Shown: positions 1 to 9,650, counted from the first letter of the stretch. The stretch is DNA of 64,000 nt from Phycisphaeraceae bacterium (GCA_963674705.1 OY771506.1:384001-448000); one strand, 5' to 3'. Numbers and translations are program-made. The notes: generated by a model from the sequence alone, not told the origin.

Positions 1-81
1 CGGGCGAGGTCGATCCTCGCGGAGTCGCTGACCGGGCTGGCGGCGGAGCACGGGATAAGACCTGATGATGAAGGATCTTAG
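1..81 (+). CDS. 3' end of probable ECF RNA polymerase sigma factor (truncated by window edge)
   Basis: Frame 1 reads RARSILAESLTGLAAEHGIRPDDEGS*. RARxxL resembles the end of sigma region 4.2, and an anti-sigma-like gene follows. Confidence 0.55.
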   Translation, partial: RARSILAESLTGLAAEHGIRPDDEGS

Positions 82-104
82 AGTAGACAGGCTGCCGGTG
101 TATC

Positions 105-186
105 GGGTGCCACATCTTGATCGCGCAGCGACAAGGTGTGCTGCTACCCACACACTTTGCTCCTGCGGAGTCAAAGTGTGGCACCC
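105..186. repeat. Palindromic dispersed element, family A, copy 1
   Basis: GGGTGCCAC...GTGGCACCC termini with internal hairpins; near-identical copy at 10430-10510. Confidence 0.9.
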
Positions 187-361
187 ATCCGAAACGCTCA
201 ATGATGAAGCGTCGTAAACCGAGGCGTGGCAGAGGATTTTGCCGCGCTATGCTACGCGAAGTGCGATATAAAAAGACATAAAAATCTTGGTAATTCCCGG
301 GAAGAAAACACAACGCTGCGGGGTTAGCTAAGCGGAGCAATCAAGGAAAACTTAGTCCACC

Positions 362-1285
362 ATGAGTACCGACTTCCCCCAACTCGATAAAGAGCAGCAA
401 CTTGCGGCATTTGCCGACGGGGAACTCGATGGTGCGCAGAACCTCGAAGTGCTCAAACGGCTCAAGGAGGACCCCGCGACAGCCGGGCGAGTTGAGAATC
501 AGCAGAAGCTGCGTCAGGCGGTCGCCGCCGCCATGGATGGCCCGGAGTTCAAGGCCCCCGCCGCCCTGCGCGATCAACTGATGCAACTCGCCAAGTCAAC
601 GCCGGCAGAGTCGGGTAGTGATACCGAACCTGCTTCTGAACAACAAGTTAGCGATACCTCAGGACATGCGGGCGGTTCCTCGGTGCTGGCGGTGATCGGG
701 CGCTGGATCCCCGCCGCCGTCGCCGCGATCCTGCTGATCGGCGCGCTGGTGGTGTTCAACCAGAACAACAACAGCTACAGACTCGGCGATACGCCGAACC
801 TGATCAACGCATCCAATGTCCTGAACGCTTCCATCGTGGATCAGTTCGGCGACAGGCACTTCAAGTGTGCCCGGCACATGGCGAAGATGCACGGCGTCGA
901 CAAGCTGCCGCAGAATCTGACCGAGCTGCCCGGGGCGCTCAGTGAATACTTCCACGAACCGATAAACCCGGAAGTGCTTGACTTCTCAGAACTTGGCTAT
1001 GAATTCGACGTCGCGGGCCTGTGCCTGATCCCGGGCAAGGGTGCGGTGCACGTGGTGTATCAGTCCAAAGCCTCGACCGGCCAGACCGACTCGCTGAGCC
1101 TGTGGATGCGGCCTAACGAAGAAGGCACAAGCATCGAGCCGGACAAGCTTTACGCCTCCAAAGCCACCGAAGAGACCTACCCCATGGTCGTCTGGCACCA
1201 CGGCGACATGGTCTACTACCTGGTCGGCGACAACCACGAGACCGTCGAGCGGGCCTTCGACCTCATCCGCACCAGCCAGGAATGA
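362..1285 (+). CDS. Membrane-anchored anti-sigma factor-like protein
   Basis: N-terminal LAAFADGELD motif, one hydrophobic helix (WIPAAVAAILLIGALVVF) and a C-terminal extracytoplasmic domain; downstream of a sigma-like ORF. Confidence 0.75.
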   Translation: MSTDFPQLDKEQQLAAFADGELDGAQNLEVLKRLKEDPATAGRVENQQKLRQAVAAAMDGPEFKAPAALRDQLMQLAKSTPAESGSDTEPASEQQVSDTSGHAGGSSVLAVIGRWIPAAVAAILLIGALVVFNQNNNSYRLGDTPNLINASNVLNASIVDQFGDRHFKCARHMAKMHGVDKLPQNLTELPGALSEYFHEPINPEVLDFSELGYEFDVAGLCLIPGKGAVHVVYQSKASTGQTDSLSLWMRPNEEGTSIEPDKLYASKATEETYPMVVWHHGDMVYYLVGDNHETVERAFDLIRTSQE

Positions 1286-1349
1286 ATCGATCTGCAAATT
1301 GAAGCGATCCGGGCGGATAACCGATCAACAAACGTCTAGAGATTAATCC

Positions 1350-1379
1350 TTGACGAATAAGGGTACTACGTGGTAGTAT
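1350..1379 (+). promoter_or_regulatory. Sigma-70-type promoter for the ilvB leader
   Basis: TTGACG (1350-1355), 18 nt spacer, TAGTAT (1374-1379) preceded by TG. Confidence 0.6.
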
Positions 1380-1387
1380 AAGGGTCT

Positions 1388-1486
1388 ATGTTGTCCCTTG
1401 GACTCATTCTGATTACGGCCGTTCTGGCCCTGACGCTCCGCCTCGAGCTTGCTCGGGTAGCGGTATCACGCGTCGTTGTTAGCTGA
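1388..1486 (+). CDS. Putative branched-chain amino acid leader peptide (32 aa)
   Basis: MLSLGLILITAVLALTLRLELARVAVSRVVVS*; 17 of 32 residues are L/I/V; directly upstream of ilvB. Confidence 0.7.
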   Translation: MLSLGLILITAVLALTLRLELARVAVSRVVVS

Positions 1487-1638
1487 GCGGAAGACCCGCA
1501 CTCCCAGCTAAGCGTCCCCAACCCCGATCGAAACTCCTCGATTTAAACTCCTCTTAATCTATACCTGATATCATCAAAACCAGATGCTACCGGCTTATCC
1601 CGGCGGGCCTTACAGACAGATAGAAACGGAATTGAATC

Positions 1639-3429
1639 ATGATTCTCCACCACAAAAACCTGAACGCGGAATCCATCAAGACCACCGGCCACGGCGTGCC
1701 GACCGACAAGTACATCGGCATGACCGGCGCGCAGATCTTTCACGACCTGATGCGTGAGCACGGCGTCGAAGCGATCTTCGGTTATCCGGGAGGCGCGATC
1801 CTTCCGGTGTTCGATGCGATCCACGAGTCCGAATACTTCAAGTTCATCCTCTCGCGTCACGAACAAGGCGCGGGGCACATGGCCGAAGGCTATGCACGCG
1901 TGACCGGTAAGGTGGGCGTGGTGCTGGTGACATCGGGCCCGGGTGCGACGAACACGGTAACCCCGATGCAGGACGCGTTGATGGACGGCACGCCATTGAT
2001 CGTGTTTGCCGGCCAGGTGGCGACGGGTGCGATCGGTTCGGATGCGTTCCAGGAAGCGGACATGGTGGGCATCAGTCGGCCTTGCACGAAGTGGAACGTT
2101 CTCGTGAAACATGCGGCGGACCTGCCCCGTGCGATCAACCAGGCGTTCCATATTGCGACGAGTGGCCGACCCGGTCCGGTGTTTGTGGACTTGCCGAAGG
2201 ACATGACCGCCAGCGTGCTCAAAGAGCCGGTGTACGACCAGCCGCATCTGCCCGGTTTCCACATCCGTGAGTTGGGTACGAGCAGCGAGATCGAGCGCGT
2301 CGCGGAGATGATCAACAACGCGAAGAAACCGCTGTTTTACGTGGGCCAGGGTGTGATTCTTTCTGATGGCTGCGATGTGTTGCGGCAGTGTGCTGAGAAG
2401 GCGAACATCCCCGTGACGACGACGTTGCTGGGCCTGGGCGCGTTCGATCAGGAGTCGCCTTTGGCGTTGGACATGCTGGGCATGCACGGCGCTGCGTATG
2501 CGAACTGGGCGATGCGTGATGCGGACTGCGTGATCGCGGTGGGCGCGCGTTTTGATGACCGTGTGACGGGTAAGATTTCGGCGTTCGCGCCGGGCGCCCG
2601 TGCCGCGGAAGCCGAAGGGCGCGGCGGCATCATCCACTTCGACATCTCGCCGGACCAGATCAACAAGAGTGTGCCGGTGACAATCGGCGTTGAAGGTGAT
2701 GCACGTAAGAACCTCGAGTTGTTGCTGCCGTTGTTGAAGGATTCGGCGCGTGGTGAATGGTTATCACAGCTCACACAATGGAAGAAGGATTACCCGTTCA
2801 CGTATGAACATGATGAGCGTGAGTTCCACCTGAAGCCGCAGGCGGTGATCGAGGAGTTGTACAAGCAGACCAAGGGTGATGCGATCATCACGACGGGCGT
2901 GGGCCAGCACCAGATGTGGGCGGCGCAGTTCTACAAGTTCAAGACGCCGCGCCAGTGGGTGACGTCCGGCGGCCTGGGCACGATGGGTTTCGGTGTGCCG
3001 GCATCGGTGGGCGCGAAGCTCGGCGCGGGCGATACACCGGTGATCAACATCGACGGCGACGGCAGCTTCAGCATGACCGCGATGGAAATGACCACCGCGG
3101 CGCAGTACGGCATCGCCGCGAAGACCATTATCCTCAACAACGACTTCCAGGGGATGGTGAAGCAGTGGCAGGATTTGTTCTACCAGGAACGTTACAGCCA
3201 CACCGAGATGCACAACCCCGACTTCTGCAAGCTGATCGAGGCGATGCATTGCAAGGCGGTGCGCGTGACGAAACTCGCGGACCTGCCGGCGAAGATGAAA
3301 GAGTTCCTCGAACACGACGGCCCGGCGATCCTCGAAGCGATGGTCGAGAAGCACGAACACGTGTACCCGATGATGCCCGCGGGCAAGACGGTGGACGACA
3401 TGGTGCTTGGGCCGGCGGTGAAGAAGTGA
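1639..3429 (+). CDS. ilvB: Acetolactate synthase large subunit
   Basis: FGYPGGAILP, RHEQGAGHMAEGYA, TSGPGATN, LGMHG, GQHQMWAAQ and the TPP-binding GDGS motif. Confidence 0.97.
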   Translation: MILHHKNLNAESIKTTGHGVPTDKYIGMTGAQIFHDLMREHGVEAIFGYPGGAILPVFDAIHESEYFKFILSRHEQGAGHMAEGYARVTGKVGVVLVTSGPGATNTVTPMQDALMDGTPLIVFAGQVATGAIGSDAFQEADMVGISRPCTKWNVLVKHAADLPRAINQAFHIATSGRPGPVFVDLPKDMTASVLKEPVYDQPHLPGFHIRELGTSSEIERVAEMINNAKKPLFYVGQGVILSDGCDVLRQCAEKANIPVTTTLLGLGAFDQESPLALDMLGMHGAAYANWAMRDADCVIAVGARFDDRVTGKISAFAPGARAAEAEGRGGIIHFDISPDQINKSVPVTIGVEGDARKNLELLLPLLKDSARGEWLSQLTQWKKDYPFTYEHDEREFHLKPQAVIEELYKQTKGDAIITTGVGQHQMWAAQFYKFKTPRQWVTSGGLGTMGFGVPASVGAKLGAGDTPVINIDGDGSFSMTAMEMTTAAQYGIAAKTIILNNDFQGMVKQWQDLFYQERYSHTEMHNPDFCKLIEAMHCKAVRVTKLADLPAKMKEFLEHDGPAILEAMVEKHEHVYPMMPAGKTVDDMVLGPAVKK

Positions 3430-3478
3430 GCATCGGGTAAGTCTTCTGGAATCAGCAGACAATAGTTGATGCTATGAA

Positions 3479-3517
3479 GAGGTCCGGACCTTCGCTGCGC
3501 TCAGGACCGGCGTTGGG
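3479..3517 (+). repeat. REP-like element, family B
   Basis: GAGGTCCGGACCTTCGCTGCGCTCAGGACCGGCGTTGGG, identical to 3599-3637. Confidence 0.9.
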
Positions 3518-3532
3518 AGGGGGAGTGAGATT

Positions 3533-3596
3533 GCTAATCTCTAATCGCTGATCGTTAATGTACGGGGTGATTTTAGCGATTAACGATTAGAGATTT
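3533..3596. repeat. Heptamer tandem-repeat hairpin
   Basis: GCTAATC TCTAATC GCTGATC arm opposed by a GATTAAC GATTAGA arm. Confidence 0.75.
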
Positions 3597-3598
3597 CT

Positions 3599-3706
3599 GA
3601 GGTCCGGACCTTCGCTGCGCTCAGGACCGGCGTTGGGTGTGATTGTGTATTCAATGACGACCAACGCCGGTCCTGAGTCGACGCAGTCGGCGAAGGTCCG
3701 GGCTTC
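3599..3706. repeat. Inverted REP-B doublet (REPIN-like)
   Basis: Forward copy at 3599-3637 and inverted variant at 3661-3706. Confidence 0.85.
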
Positions 3707-3741
3707 TTTATTTTCATAATTACCGTTGATATGATGCGCCA

Positions 3742-4269
3742 ATGCCGACACCGGGTAAGCGCTGGTATCACATCATTCTAAATACTCATGGTTCCTGATT
3801 GCCCGGGGACCCACGTGGATTTCGTAGTCGTAAACATAGAAAACATAGCAGTGGTGATTACAAACATCCACCACCTAATGGCGAACATGCCGAACTGCAC
3901 GAATATGCGAAGCGTGTAAGCGGTGACGCGATTTGGATCAAACCGTCGCTCAGGTCGATTGTGGGAGAAACGATACTTGGAAAAATCGAGAAGCAGGAAC
4001 ATCGTGTTTTAGCGATCTCTGTTGGTTCCAATCACGCACATATCCTCGTCGAATTACCCGATAACCGATCGGTCGTCGGGGCTATCTGTGGGACATGGAA
4101 GCAGGCGGCTTCGCACAAAGTGCGTGAAGAATTGCCCGGCAATATTTGGGCGGAGGGTGGTGATCCGATACCCATCCGTGATGAAGCACATCACCGACGG
4201 GTGTATGAATATATCCTGCGGCACCTGGATGAGCATGCATGGATATGGTCGTTTAAAGATGAAAAGTGA
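3742..4269 (+). pseudogene. REP-associated tyrosine (Y1 HUH) transposase with an in-frame stop
   Basis: MPTPGKRWYHIILNTHGS*LPGDPRGF; TGA at 3796-3798 where the paralog at 38 kb has W; HUH motif NHAHIL; catalytic-type VYEYI; flanked by REP-B. Confidence 0.85.
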
Positions 4270-4270
4270 A

Positions 4271-4309
4271 GAGGTCCGGCCCTTCGCTGCGCTCAGAACC
4301 GGCGTTGGG
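4271..4309 (+). repeat. REP-like element, family B
   Basis: GAGGTCCGGCCCTTCGCTGCGCTCAGAACCGGCGTTGGG immediately after the transposase stop. Confidence 0.9.
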
Positions 4310-4321
4310 GGGGAGGGGTTG

Positions 4322-4564
4322 TTAGTCGTCTGTTGTTTCTGAGAACTGCTGATCTGTCTGGTCGTCGTGTTTGTGCATGACGAGTTTTTCAAGCAGTGTG
4401 TCGATGTAGTAGCCGATGGACCAGGCGCTGACGATGCAGCAGGCGATGGCGTAGAGGACGTTGGACCAGAATAAACAAACAAATGCGCCGGCGAGGGTGA
4501 GCAGGCCGCAGGTTAAGAGTGAGAAGCGGAAGAACTGTTCGTTGTCGCCGAGGAATTTATTCAT
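4322..4564 (-). CDS. Small two-helix membrane protein, hypothetical
   Basis: Start overlaps the recJ stop (ATGA); two hydrophobic stretches. Confidence 0.6.
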   Translation of the reverse strand: MNKFLGDNEQFFRFSLLTCGLLTLAGAFVCLFWSNVLYAIACCIVSAWSIGYYIDTLLEKLVMHKHDDQTDQQFSETTDD

Positions 4565-6372
4565 GCGCTTGTCACCGCGGTGTGGATCCTGAAGTCTTGT
4601 ACGTGCAGTTCGGGTCGGCGTACGCCTTGCCAGGTGTTGATCTTGGGCTCGAACAGGACGTCGATCATTGCGCCGGCGGGTAGTTTTGTTGCGTGGTCGC
4701 CCTGCCCGAACGCGACGGCTCTGATCGCTCTGCCATTATAGGTAAAGGACATCGACAGGTGTTTGCCGGACGCGCCCATGCGTTGGGCGGGTCGATCGAG
4801 TACGGCTTGTCGCAGAAGCAATCTCGGTGTCGGGTTGCCGCGGCCGAACGGGGCGAGTTTGGTTAATTGATCGAAGACATCGAGCGTACACCAGTTCGGC
4901 TCGACTTCGGCATCGACGCGGATGCTGCGTGTCAGATCTTGCTCAGTCAACATCTTGTTGACTTGCTGAACGAGCAATTCGCGGAAGTCGTCGATTTTGT
5001 CGGCCTGGAGTGTGAGTCCCGCTGCCATGGCGTGGCCGCCGAATTTATCCATGAAGTGGCTGCACGCGGTGAGCGCTTCGTGGATGGATACGCCGTCGAC
5101 GCTGCGTGCCGAGCCTTGCGCGATGCCGTTGTTGATGCCGAGGACGATCGCGGGGCGAGCGTAGGTATCGACGAGGCGGCTTGCGACGATGCCGACGACG
5201 CCGGAGTGCCAGCCCTGGCCCCCCACTACGATCGCGCGGCGGTCCGGCGTGTTGTAGCCTTTCTCTTCAATGATCTGTTTTGCCTGTTCGACGATGGTAC
5301 GTTCAGTGGCTCGTCGTTTATCGTTTTCGTTTGTGAGGAATCGTGCGAGTTCTGTAGCGCGTGGGCCTTGCGCGGTGGTCAGCAGTTCGAGTGCATCTTT
5401 AGCGTGTCCCATGCGGCCGCAGGCGTTGAGTCTTGGGCCAAGAACGAAGCCGACGTGGTAAGCGTCGATTTTTTCATCGCGCAAGCGCGCGACGTCGATC
5501 AGCGCGGCTAAGCCTTCGAAGTTCGCCTGCTTGATCCGGCTTAGGCCGAACGCGGTGAGGATGCGGTTTTCATCGATGAGGGGGACGACATCGGCGACGG
5601 TGCCGAGCGCGACGAGACTAAGCAGCTCGATCATCAGCTTGCGATAGCTATCGGGCAGGCGGTCGGAGCCGCAAAGCTCTCTTGCGAATTGCCAGGCGAC
5701 TTTGAAGGCGACGCCTGCGCCGCAGATGTGTTGGCAAGGGTATGGGAGGCTTGAGGCTTGAGGCTTGAGGCTTGGGTGAACCAAGGCGTAAGCGTTGGGG
5801 AGATTTTGGGGGTCGAACTCGTGGTGGTCGGTGATGATGAGGTCGACGCCGAGGTCTTTGGCGACTTGCGCCGGTTCGGTTGCGGTGATGCCGCAGTCGA
5901 CGGAGATGATAAGAGGTTTAGCGGTGGCGTCGTTGATGATGGCGCGGATGGCGTCGGCGTTGAGGCCGTAGCCTTCATCGAGTCGGTGCGGGATGTAGGT
6001 GTGGACATCTGCGCCGGCGAGTTTGAGTGTGTGCCAGAGCGCGGCGCTGGCGGTGACACCGTCGACATCGTAGTCGCCGTAGATCACGATGGGCTGTTTG
6101 TCGTGGACGGCCTGGACTAAACGTTTGGCGGCTTGGGTCGCGCCGGGGAGCAGCGCGGGGTCGTGCAGGTCGTTGAGTTTGGGATTGAGGAATTTGGCGG
6201 CGGATTCGCGGGCCTGTTCGCTGTTATCACAGCTTTCGGTGCGCTGCGCGAGGATGCGCGCGACCAATGGGGGCACGCCCAGCGAACGGATCAGGTCCTG
6301 CGCGAGCTGATCGGTCGCCTGCGGCGTTTGCTCGGTGAACTTCCAACGATAACGAATCCCTGCCTCCTGCAT
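4561..6372 (-). CDS. recJ: Single-stranded DNA exonuclease RecJ
   Basis: YGDYDVDG, SVDCG, TDHH, GPRLNACGR, GSARS and GGHAMAAG motifs. Confidence 0.97.
   Translation of the reverse strand: MQEAGIRYRWKFTEQTPQATDQLAQDLIRSLGVPPLVARILAQRTESCDNSEQARESAAKFLNPKLNDLHDPALLPGATQAAKRLVQAVHDKQPIVIYGDYDVDGVTASAALWHTLKLAGADVHTYIPHRLDEGYGLNADAIRAIINDATAKPLIISVDCGITATEPAQVAKDLGVDLIITDHHEFDPQNLPNAYALVHPSLKPQASSLPYPCQHICGAGVAFKVAWQFARELCGSDRLPDSYRKLMIELLSLVALGTVADVVPLIDENRILTAFGLSRIKQANFEGLAALIDVARLRDEKIDAYHVGFVLGPRLNACGRMGHAKDALELLTTAQGPRATELARFLTNENDKRRATERTIVEQAKQIIEEKGYNTPDRRAIVVGGQGWHSGVVGIVASRLVDTYARPAIVLGINNGIAQGSARSVDGVSIHEALTACSHFMDKFGGHAMAAGLTLQADKIDDFRELLVQQVNKMLTEQDLTRSIRVDAEVEPNWCTLDVFDQLTKLAPFGRGNPTPRLLLRQAVLDRPAQRMGASGKHLSMSFTYNGRAIRAVAFGQGDHATKLPAGAMIDVLFEPKINTWQGVRRPELHVQDFRIHTAVTSA
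5746..5773. repeat. (GAGGCTT)x4 tandem repeat inside recJ, in frame
   Basis: Four exact heptamers; encodes PSLKPQASSL between VHP and PYP. Confidence 0.9.
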
Positions 6373-6439
6373 GGGTACATCATACCGCCCGACGCGCCCG
6401 GGTTCTTAGCGGTATTTGCAGCAATTTTGTCCGCCCCAT

Positions 6440-6520
6440 TTGCTGTCATCCTCGTGCAGGCGGGGATCTACGTCCGGGGATTCATTGGACGCGTGGATTC
6501 CCGCGTGCGTGGGAATGACG
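6440..6520. repeat. Palindromic element, family D (GTCATTCCC...GGGAATGAC type), copy 1
   Basis: Reverse complement closely matches 63173-63254. Confidence 0.9.
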
Positions 6521-6655
6521 AGATTCATCGTGTAAATCACTTTAGCGGTATACTGGGGTGAAGTAATCACCCTTTTTAGCGGAGGATCACGGATGATCCG
6601 GCGCGATTCTGAGCAAACAGAACGTTTTAACAGCAATCTATCGCATGGTAGAGCC

Positions 6656-8032
6656 ATGTCACACGGGCGGTATGCCACGGCACGAGCGGCGCTGTTGTGT
6701 GCGATCGTTGGGCTGATGCTGGTGATCCTGGGCTGCGATGCGACGACGCCCGTCTCGCCTGTTTATCATCCCCGACCGATGCAGCCGGTCCCGGCACAGA
6801 AGCAGGTCGTGCAGCAGCAGATCGTGTTGCCAGCGATCACATCTATCCGCAGCGAACCGGTGATTCGCGTACGTATCGACAAGGGCCAAACGCGGGCGAA
6901 CCTGTCGAGCCCATCGGGATTGATGGTGGGCCCGGCCGATCCGAACCTGAACACGGCTGCACGCCATTATCCAACCGCGGTGGCGGTGACGCTCTATCAG
7001 GGCGCGTTTCTGATCACGGATACGAATCGACAGTCCATACGCTGGGCGTTGCCGGAGCTGTTGATTTCGCCGGCGGCGACGGGTCAGCTTGTGACTTTCA
7101 ATGGTAAGACGTACCCCGGATCGATTGCGCTTGTGCCGAGCAAGAACGGAAACGGTGTGCCGACCGGCGGGCTTGATGTGGTGAATCACGTGGGGATGGA
7201 ATCGTACCTGCCGGGCGTTGTTGAGCGGGAGTTGTATGGCTCGTGGGAGCCGACCACTTTCCGTGCGGCGGCGATCGCGGCGCGAACGTATGCGATCTTT
7301 GAAGCGTCGATGAGTGCGGACAAGCATTTTGATCTTGAATCGACGACGGCAAGCCAGGCGTATTCGGGACAGGCGACAAATCCGAAGGCGGTGTCGGCGG
7401 TGGCGCAGACGCGCGGGTTGTTGATTGAATACCAGGGGCGGATCGTGCCGGCGTTTTATTCGAGTTCCTGCGGGGGGACGGGGCAGGACGCGGTGTCGGC
7501 GTTTACGTGGTTGCCGGGTTTGCCGGACATTGCACCGTTGCGCGGGCAGAACCACGGGCCTTACTGTAACAAGAGCACCAAATTTCGATGGGGGCCGATC
7601 ACGCGCAACAAATCGACGCTGGAAGCGCGGATGCGTGCGTGGGGCGAGAGCGAAGGGCATCCGATCAAGTCACTGCGTGGCTTGCGCGATATCCGGATCA
7701 CGAAGACGAACGCGGTGGGTCGGCCGACGCAGTTCACGATTACGGACAACGCGGGATTGATGTACACGCTCGGGCCGGAGCAGTTCCGCTTTGCGTGTAA
7801 CAACAGCGCGACGGGGATCGGGGCTGTGCCGAGGGAGCAGTCGTTGAACAGCAGCCACGTGCAGGTATCGGTCGGCGCGTCGACGGTGACGTTCCATGAC
7901 GGGCGCGGGTATGGGCACGGCGTGGGGTTATGCCAGTTCGGCGCCCAGGCGCTGGCGCAGGCGGGGTATAACGAGTATTCGATTTTGTCGTTCTACTATC
8001 CGGGGTCGCGCGTGGTGCGGGCGTATCGGTGA
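6656..8032 (+). CDS. SpoIID/LytB domain protein, probable lipoprotein
   Basis: ESYLPGVVERE, AIAARTYA, SQAYSG and GYGHGVGLCQFGA motifs; lipobox-like ILGC. Start uncertain (6593 is an alternative). Confidence 0.9.
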   Translation: MSHGRYATARAALLCAIVGLMLVILGCDATTPVSPVYHPRPMQPVPAQKQVVQQQIVLPAITSIRSEPVIRVRIDKGQTRANLSSPSGLMVGPADPNLNTAARHYPTAVAVTLYQGAFLITDTNRQSIRWALPELLISPAATGQLVTFNGKTYPGSIALVPSKNGNGVPTGGLDVVNHVGMESYLPGVVERELYGSWEPTTFRAAAIAARTYAIFEASMSADKHFDLESTTASQAYSGQATNPKAVSAVAQTRGLLIEYQGRIVPAFYSSSCGGTGQDAVSAFTWLPGLPDIAPLRGQNHGPYCNKSTKFRWGPITRNKSTLEARMRAWGESEGHPIKSLRGLRDIRITKTNAVGRPTQFTITDNAGLMYTLGPEQFRFACNNSATGIGAVPREQSLNSSHVQVSVGASTVTFHDGRGYGHGVGLCQFGAQALAQAGYNEYSILSFYYPGSRVVRAYR

Positions 8033-8062
8033 GAGAACGAAACTGGTTTAGGGCAAGAGCGC

Positions 8063-8080
8063 TAAGCCGCAAGCGGCTTA
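8063..8080. terminator. Hairpin between convergent genes (terminator or REP)
   Basis: TAAGCCGC-AA-GCGGCTTA perfect stem. Confidence 0.5.
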
Positions 8081-8119
8081 TGGGGCGGGGTTACTGATTG
8101 AACACATTACGGCGTGTTG

Positions 8120-8905
8120 TTATTCGTCGCGTTCGGCGATCGGGGGGTAGGAGGTTCGGCGGCGTTTGGCTTTTTCTACGTGGCCGATGACCGGCTCGGG
8201 GATGGTGGGTTGGGTCTTGAGGTTCCACGATTCGAGGTCGAAACGGCTGAGGATGTGGTCGACACCGTCTTTGACATCGTCGGTGATGTAGAAGAGGTTC
8301 AGGTCTTCGGGGCTGATGGTTTCGTACTTTTTAAGCAACGTGCCGCGCATCCAGTCGACCATGCCGGACCAGAAGTCGCTGCCGATGAGGACGACGGGGA
8401 AGGGCGCGATTTTTAGGGTCTGGATGAGCGTGATGGCTTCGAAGAATTCGTCCATGGTGCCGAAGCCGCCGGGGAAGCAGATGAACCCGCAGGCGTACTT
8501 GACGAACATGACCTTGCGGATGAAGAAGTAGCGGAAGTCGAGTGCGTGAGTCTGGTAGCGGTTGGGGTCCTGCTCCATGGGCAGGTCGATGTTGAGCCCG
8601 ACGCTGGTGCCGCCGGCTTCGTAGGCGCCTTTGTTGGCGGCTTCCATGATGCCGGGGCCGCCGCCGGTGATGACGGCCAGCTCGTTCTTGACGATGTATC
8701 GGCCGCAGGCAACTGCCTGTTTGTAGATTGGGTTGTTTGATTCTGTCCTGGCGGAGCCGAAGACGGTGACGGCGGGGCCGACCTCGCTCATGACTTCAAA
8801 GCCGTCGACGAACTCCGAAAGGATACGGAACAACCGCCAGGTTTCGCGACTGAGGGATGCTTCGCGGTTGAACACTTCGATGCCGTTACCATTGCCGTTT
8901 GCCAT
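8120..8905 (-). CDS. LOG family nucleotide phosphoribohydrolase
   Basis: VFGSAR, TGGGPGIMEAANKGA, RKVMF and PGGFGTMDE motifs. Confidence 0.93.
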   Translation of the reverse strand: MANGNGNGIEVFNREASLSRETWRLFRILSEFVDGFEVMSEVGPAVTVFGSARTESNNPIYKQAVACGRYIVKNELAVITGGGPGIMEAANKGAYEAGGTSVGLNIDLPMEQDPNRYQTHALDFRYFFIRKVMFVKYACGFICFPGGFGTMDEFFEAITLIQTLKIAPFPVVLIGSDFWSGMVDWMRGTLLKKYETISPEDLNLFYITDDVKDGVDHILSRFDLESWNLKTQPTIPEPVIGHVEKAKRRRTSYPPIAERDE

Positions 8906-8935
8906 GTCTGCCTCCTAATCCGGTTCTCCATCAAG

Positions 8936-9074
8936 CCGCGAAGCTTAAAGACTTTTTATTAGCCGCAAATGAACGCAAATGGACGCGGATGTTGTTGAAG
9001 GTCGAACCCTATCAATCGACAGATTAATTTGCGTGGATTAGCGTTTATTGTCGGCTTGCTTTGCTGCTTCGCGG
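8936..9074. repeat. Nested inverted-repeat element with ~10-mer tandem arms
   Basis: Outer CCGCGAAGC/GCTTCGCGG; inner AGCCGCAAATGAACGCAAAT opposed by ATTTGCGTGGATTAGCGTTTATT; related to 20481-20650. Confidence 0.8.
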
Positions 9075-9096
9075 TTGGATCTCCTATGAACGAAAT

Positions 9097-9135
9097 AAAA
9101 ACCGGCCGGGCGTGTTGCTCCGGCCGGGTCGTTTT
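9097..9135 (-). terminator. Intrinsic terminator after rplT
   Basis: CCGGCCGG stem flanked by A and T runs. Confidence 0.7.
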
Positions 9136-9162
9136 GACGCTTTTAATTGCGTACACCCGGCG

Positions 9163-9537
9163 TTATGCCGCAGTGTTCAGGGATGCCAAGCCTGCCTTGG
9201 CTTGCTCGACGATCTTGTCGAAGCCGGCCGGGTCGTGGATCGCCACCTCGCTGAGCATCTTACGGTTCAGGTCGATGTTGGCGGCCTTGAGACCGGCGAT
9301 GAACTGGCTGTAGTTGATGCCGCGCATCTGGCAGGCGGCGCTGATGCGGGTGATCCAGAGTTGGCGGTAGTCACGCTTGACCAGACGACGGTCGCGGTAG
9401 TTATAGACACCGGCGCGGATAACCGCTTCCTGGACCTTGCGCCATTGCGTCCGGCGTGCGCCGCGGTTGCCCTTGGCTTTCTTGAACCAGCGGACCTTCG
9501 CCTGTCGGCGGGCCGCACCTTTGCGTGCTCGTGGCAT
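9163..9537 (-). CDS. rplT: 50S ribosomal protein L20
   Basis: YRDRR, RQLWITRISAA and LNRKMLSEVA motifs. Confidence 0.98.
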   Translation of the reverse strand: MPRARKGAARRQAKVRWFKKAKGNRGARRTQWRKVQEAVIRAGVYNYRDRRLVKRDYRQLWITRISAACQMRGINYSQFIAGLKAANIDLNRKMLSEVAIHDPAGFDKIVEQAKAGLASLNTAA

Positions 9538-9616
9538 CGCTGCTCTCCTTTATCGCGACGGCGGGGGACGGGTTTTACGCACCCGACACTTGGAGTTCCC
9601 GACTCGCAGATGTTTC

Positions 9617-9650
9617 AGGGTGTAGGGGTGTGGGGTTTGGGGTGTAGGGT
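9617..9650. repeat. G-rich 7-8-mer tandem repeat between rpmI and rplT
   Basis: GGGTGTAGGGGTGTGGGGTTTGGGGTGTAGGG. Confidence 0.7.

Noticed and set aside
3479..3706. Identical 39-nt repeats as a CRISPR array
   Set aside because: Only two direct copies ~80 nt apart, a third inverted, dispersed copies elsewhere and no cas genes; fits REPs.
3796..3798. TGA recoded as Trp or Sec
   Set aside because: Many genes here end in TGA and use TGG for Trp; the position is a Trp site, not a Cys site.
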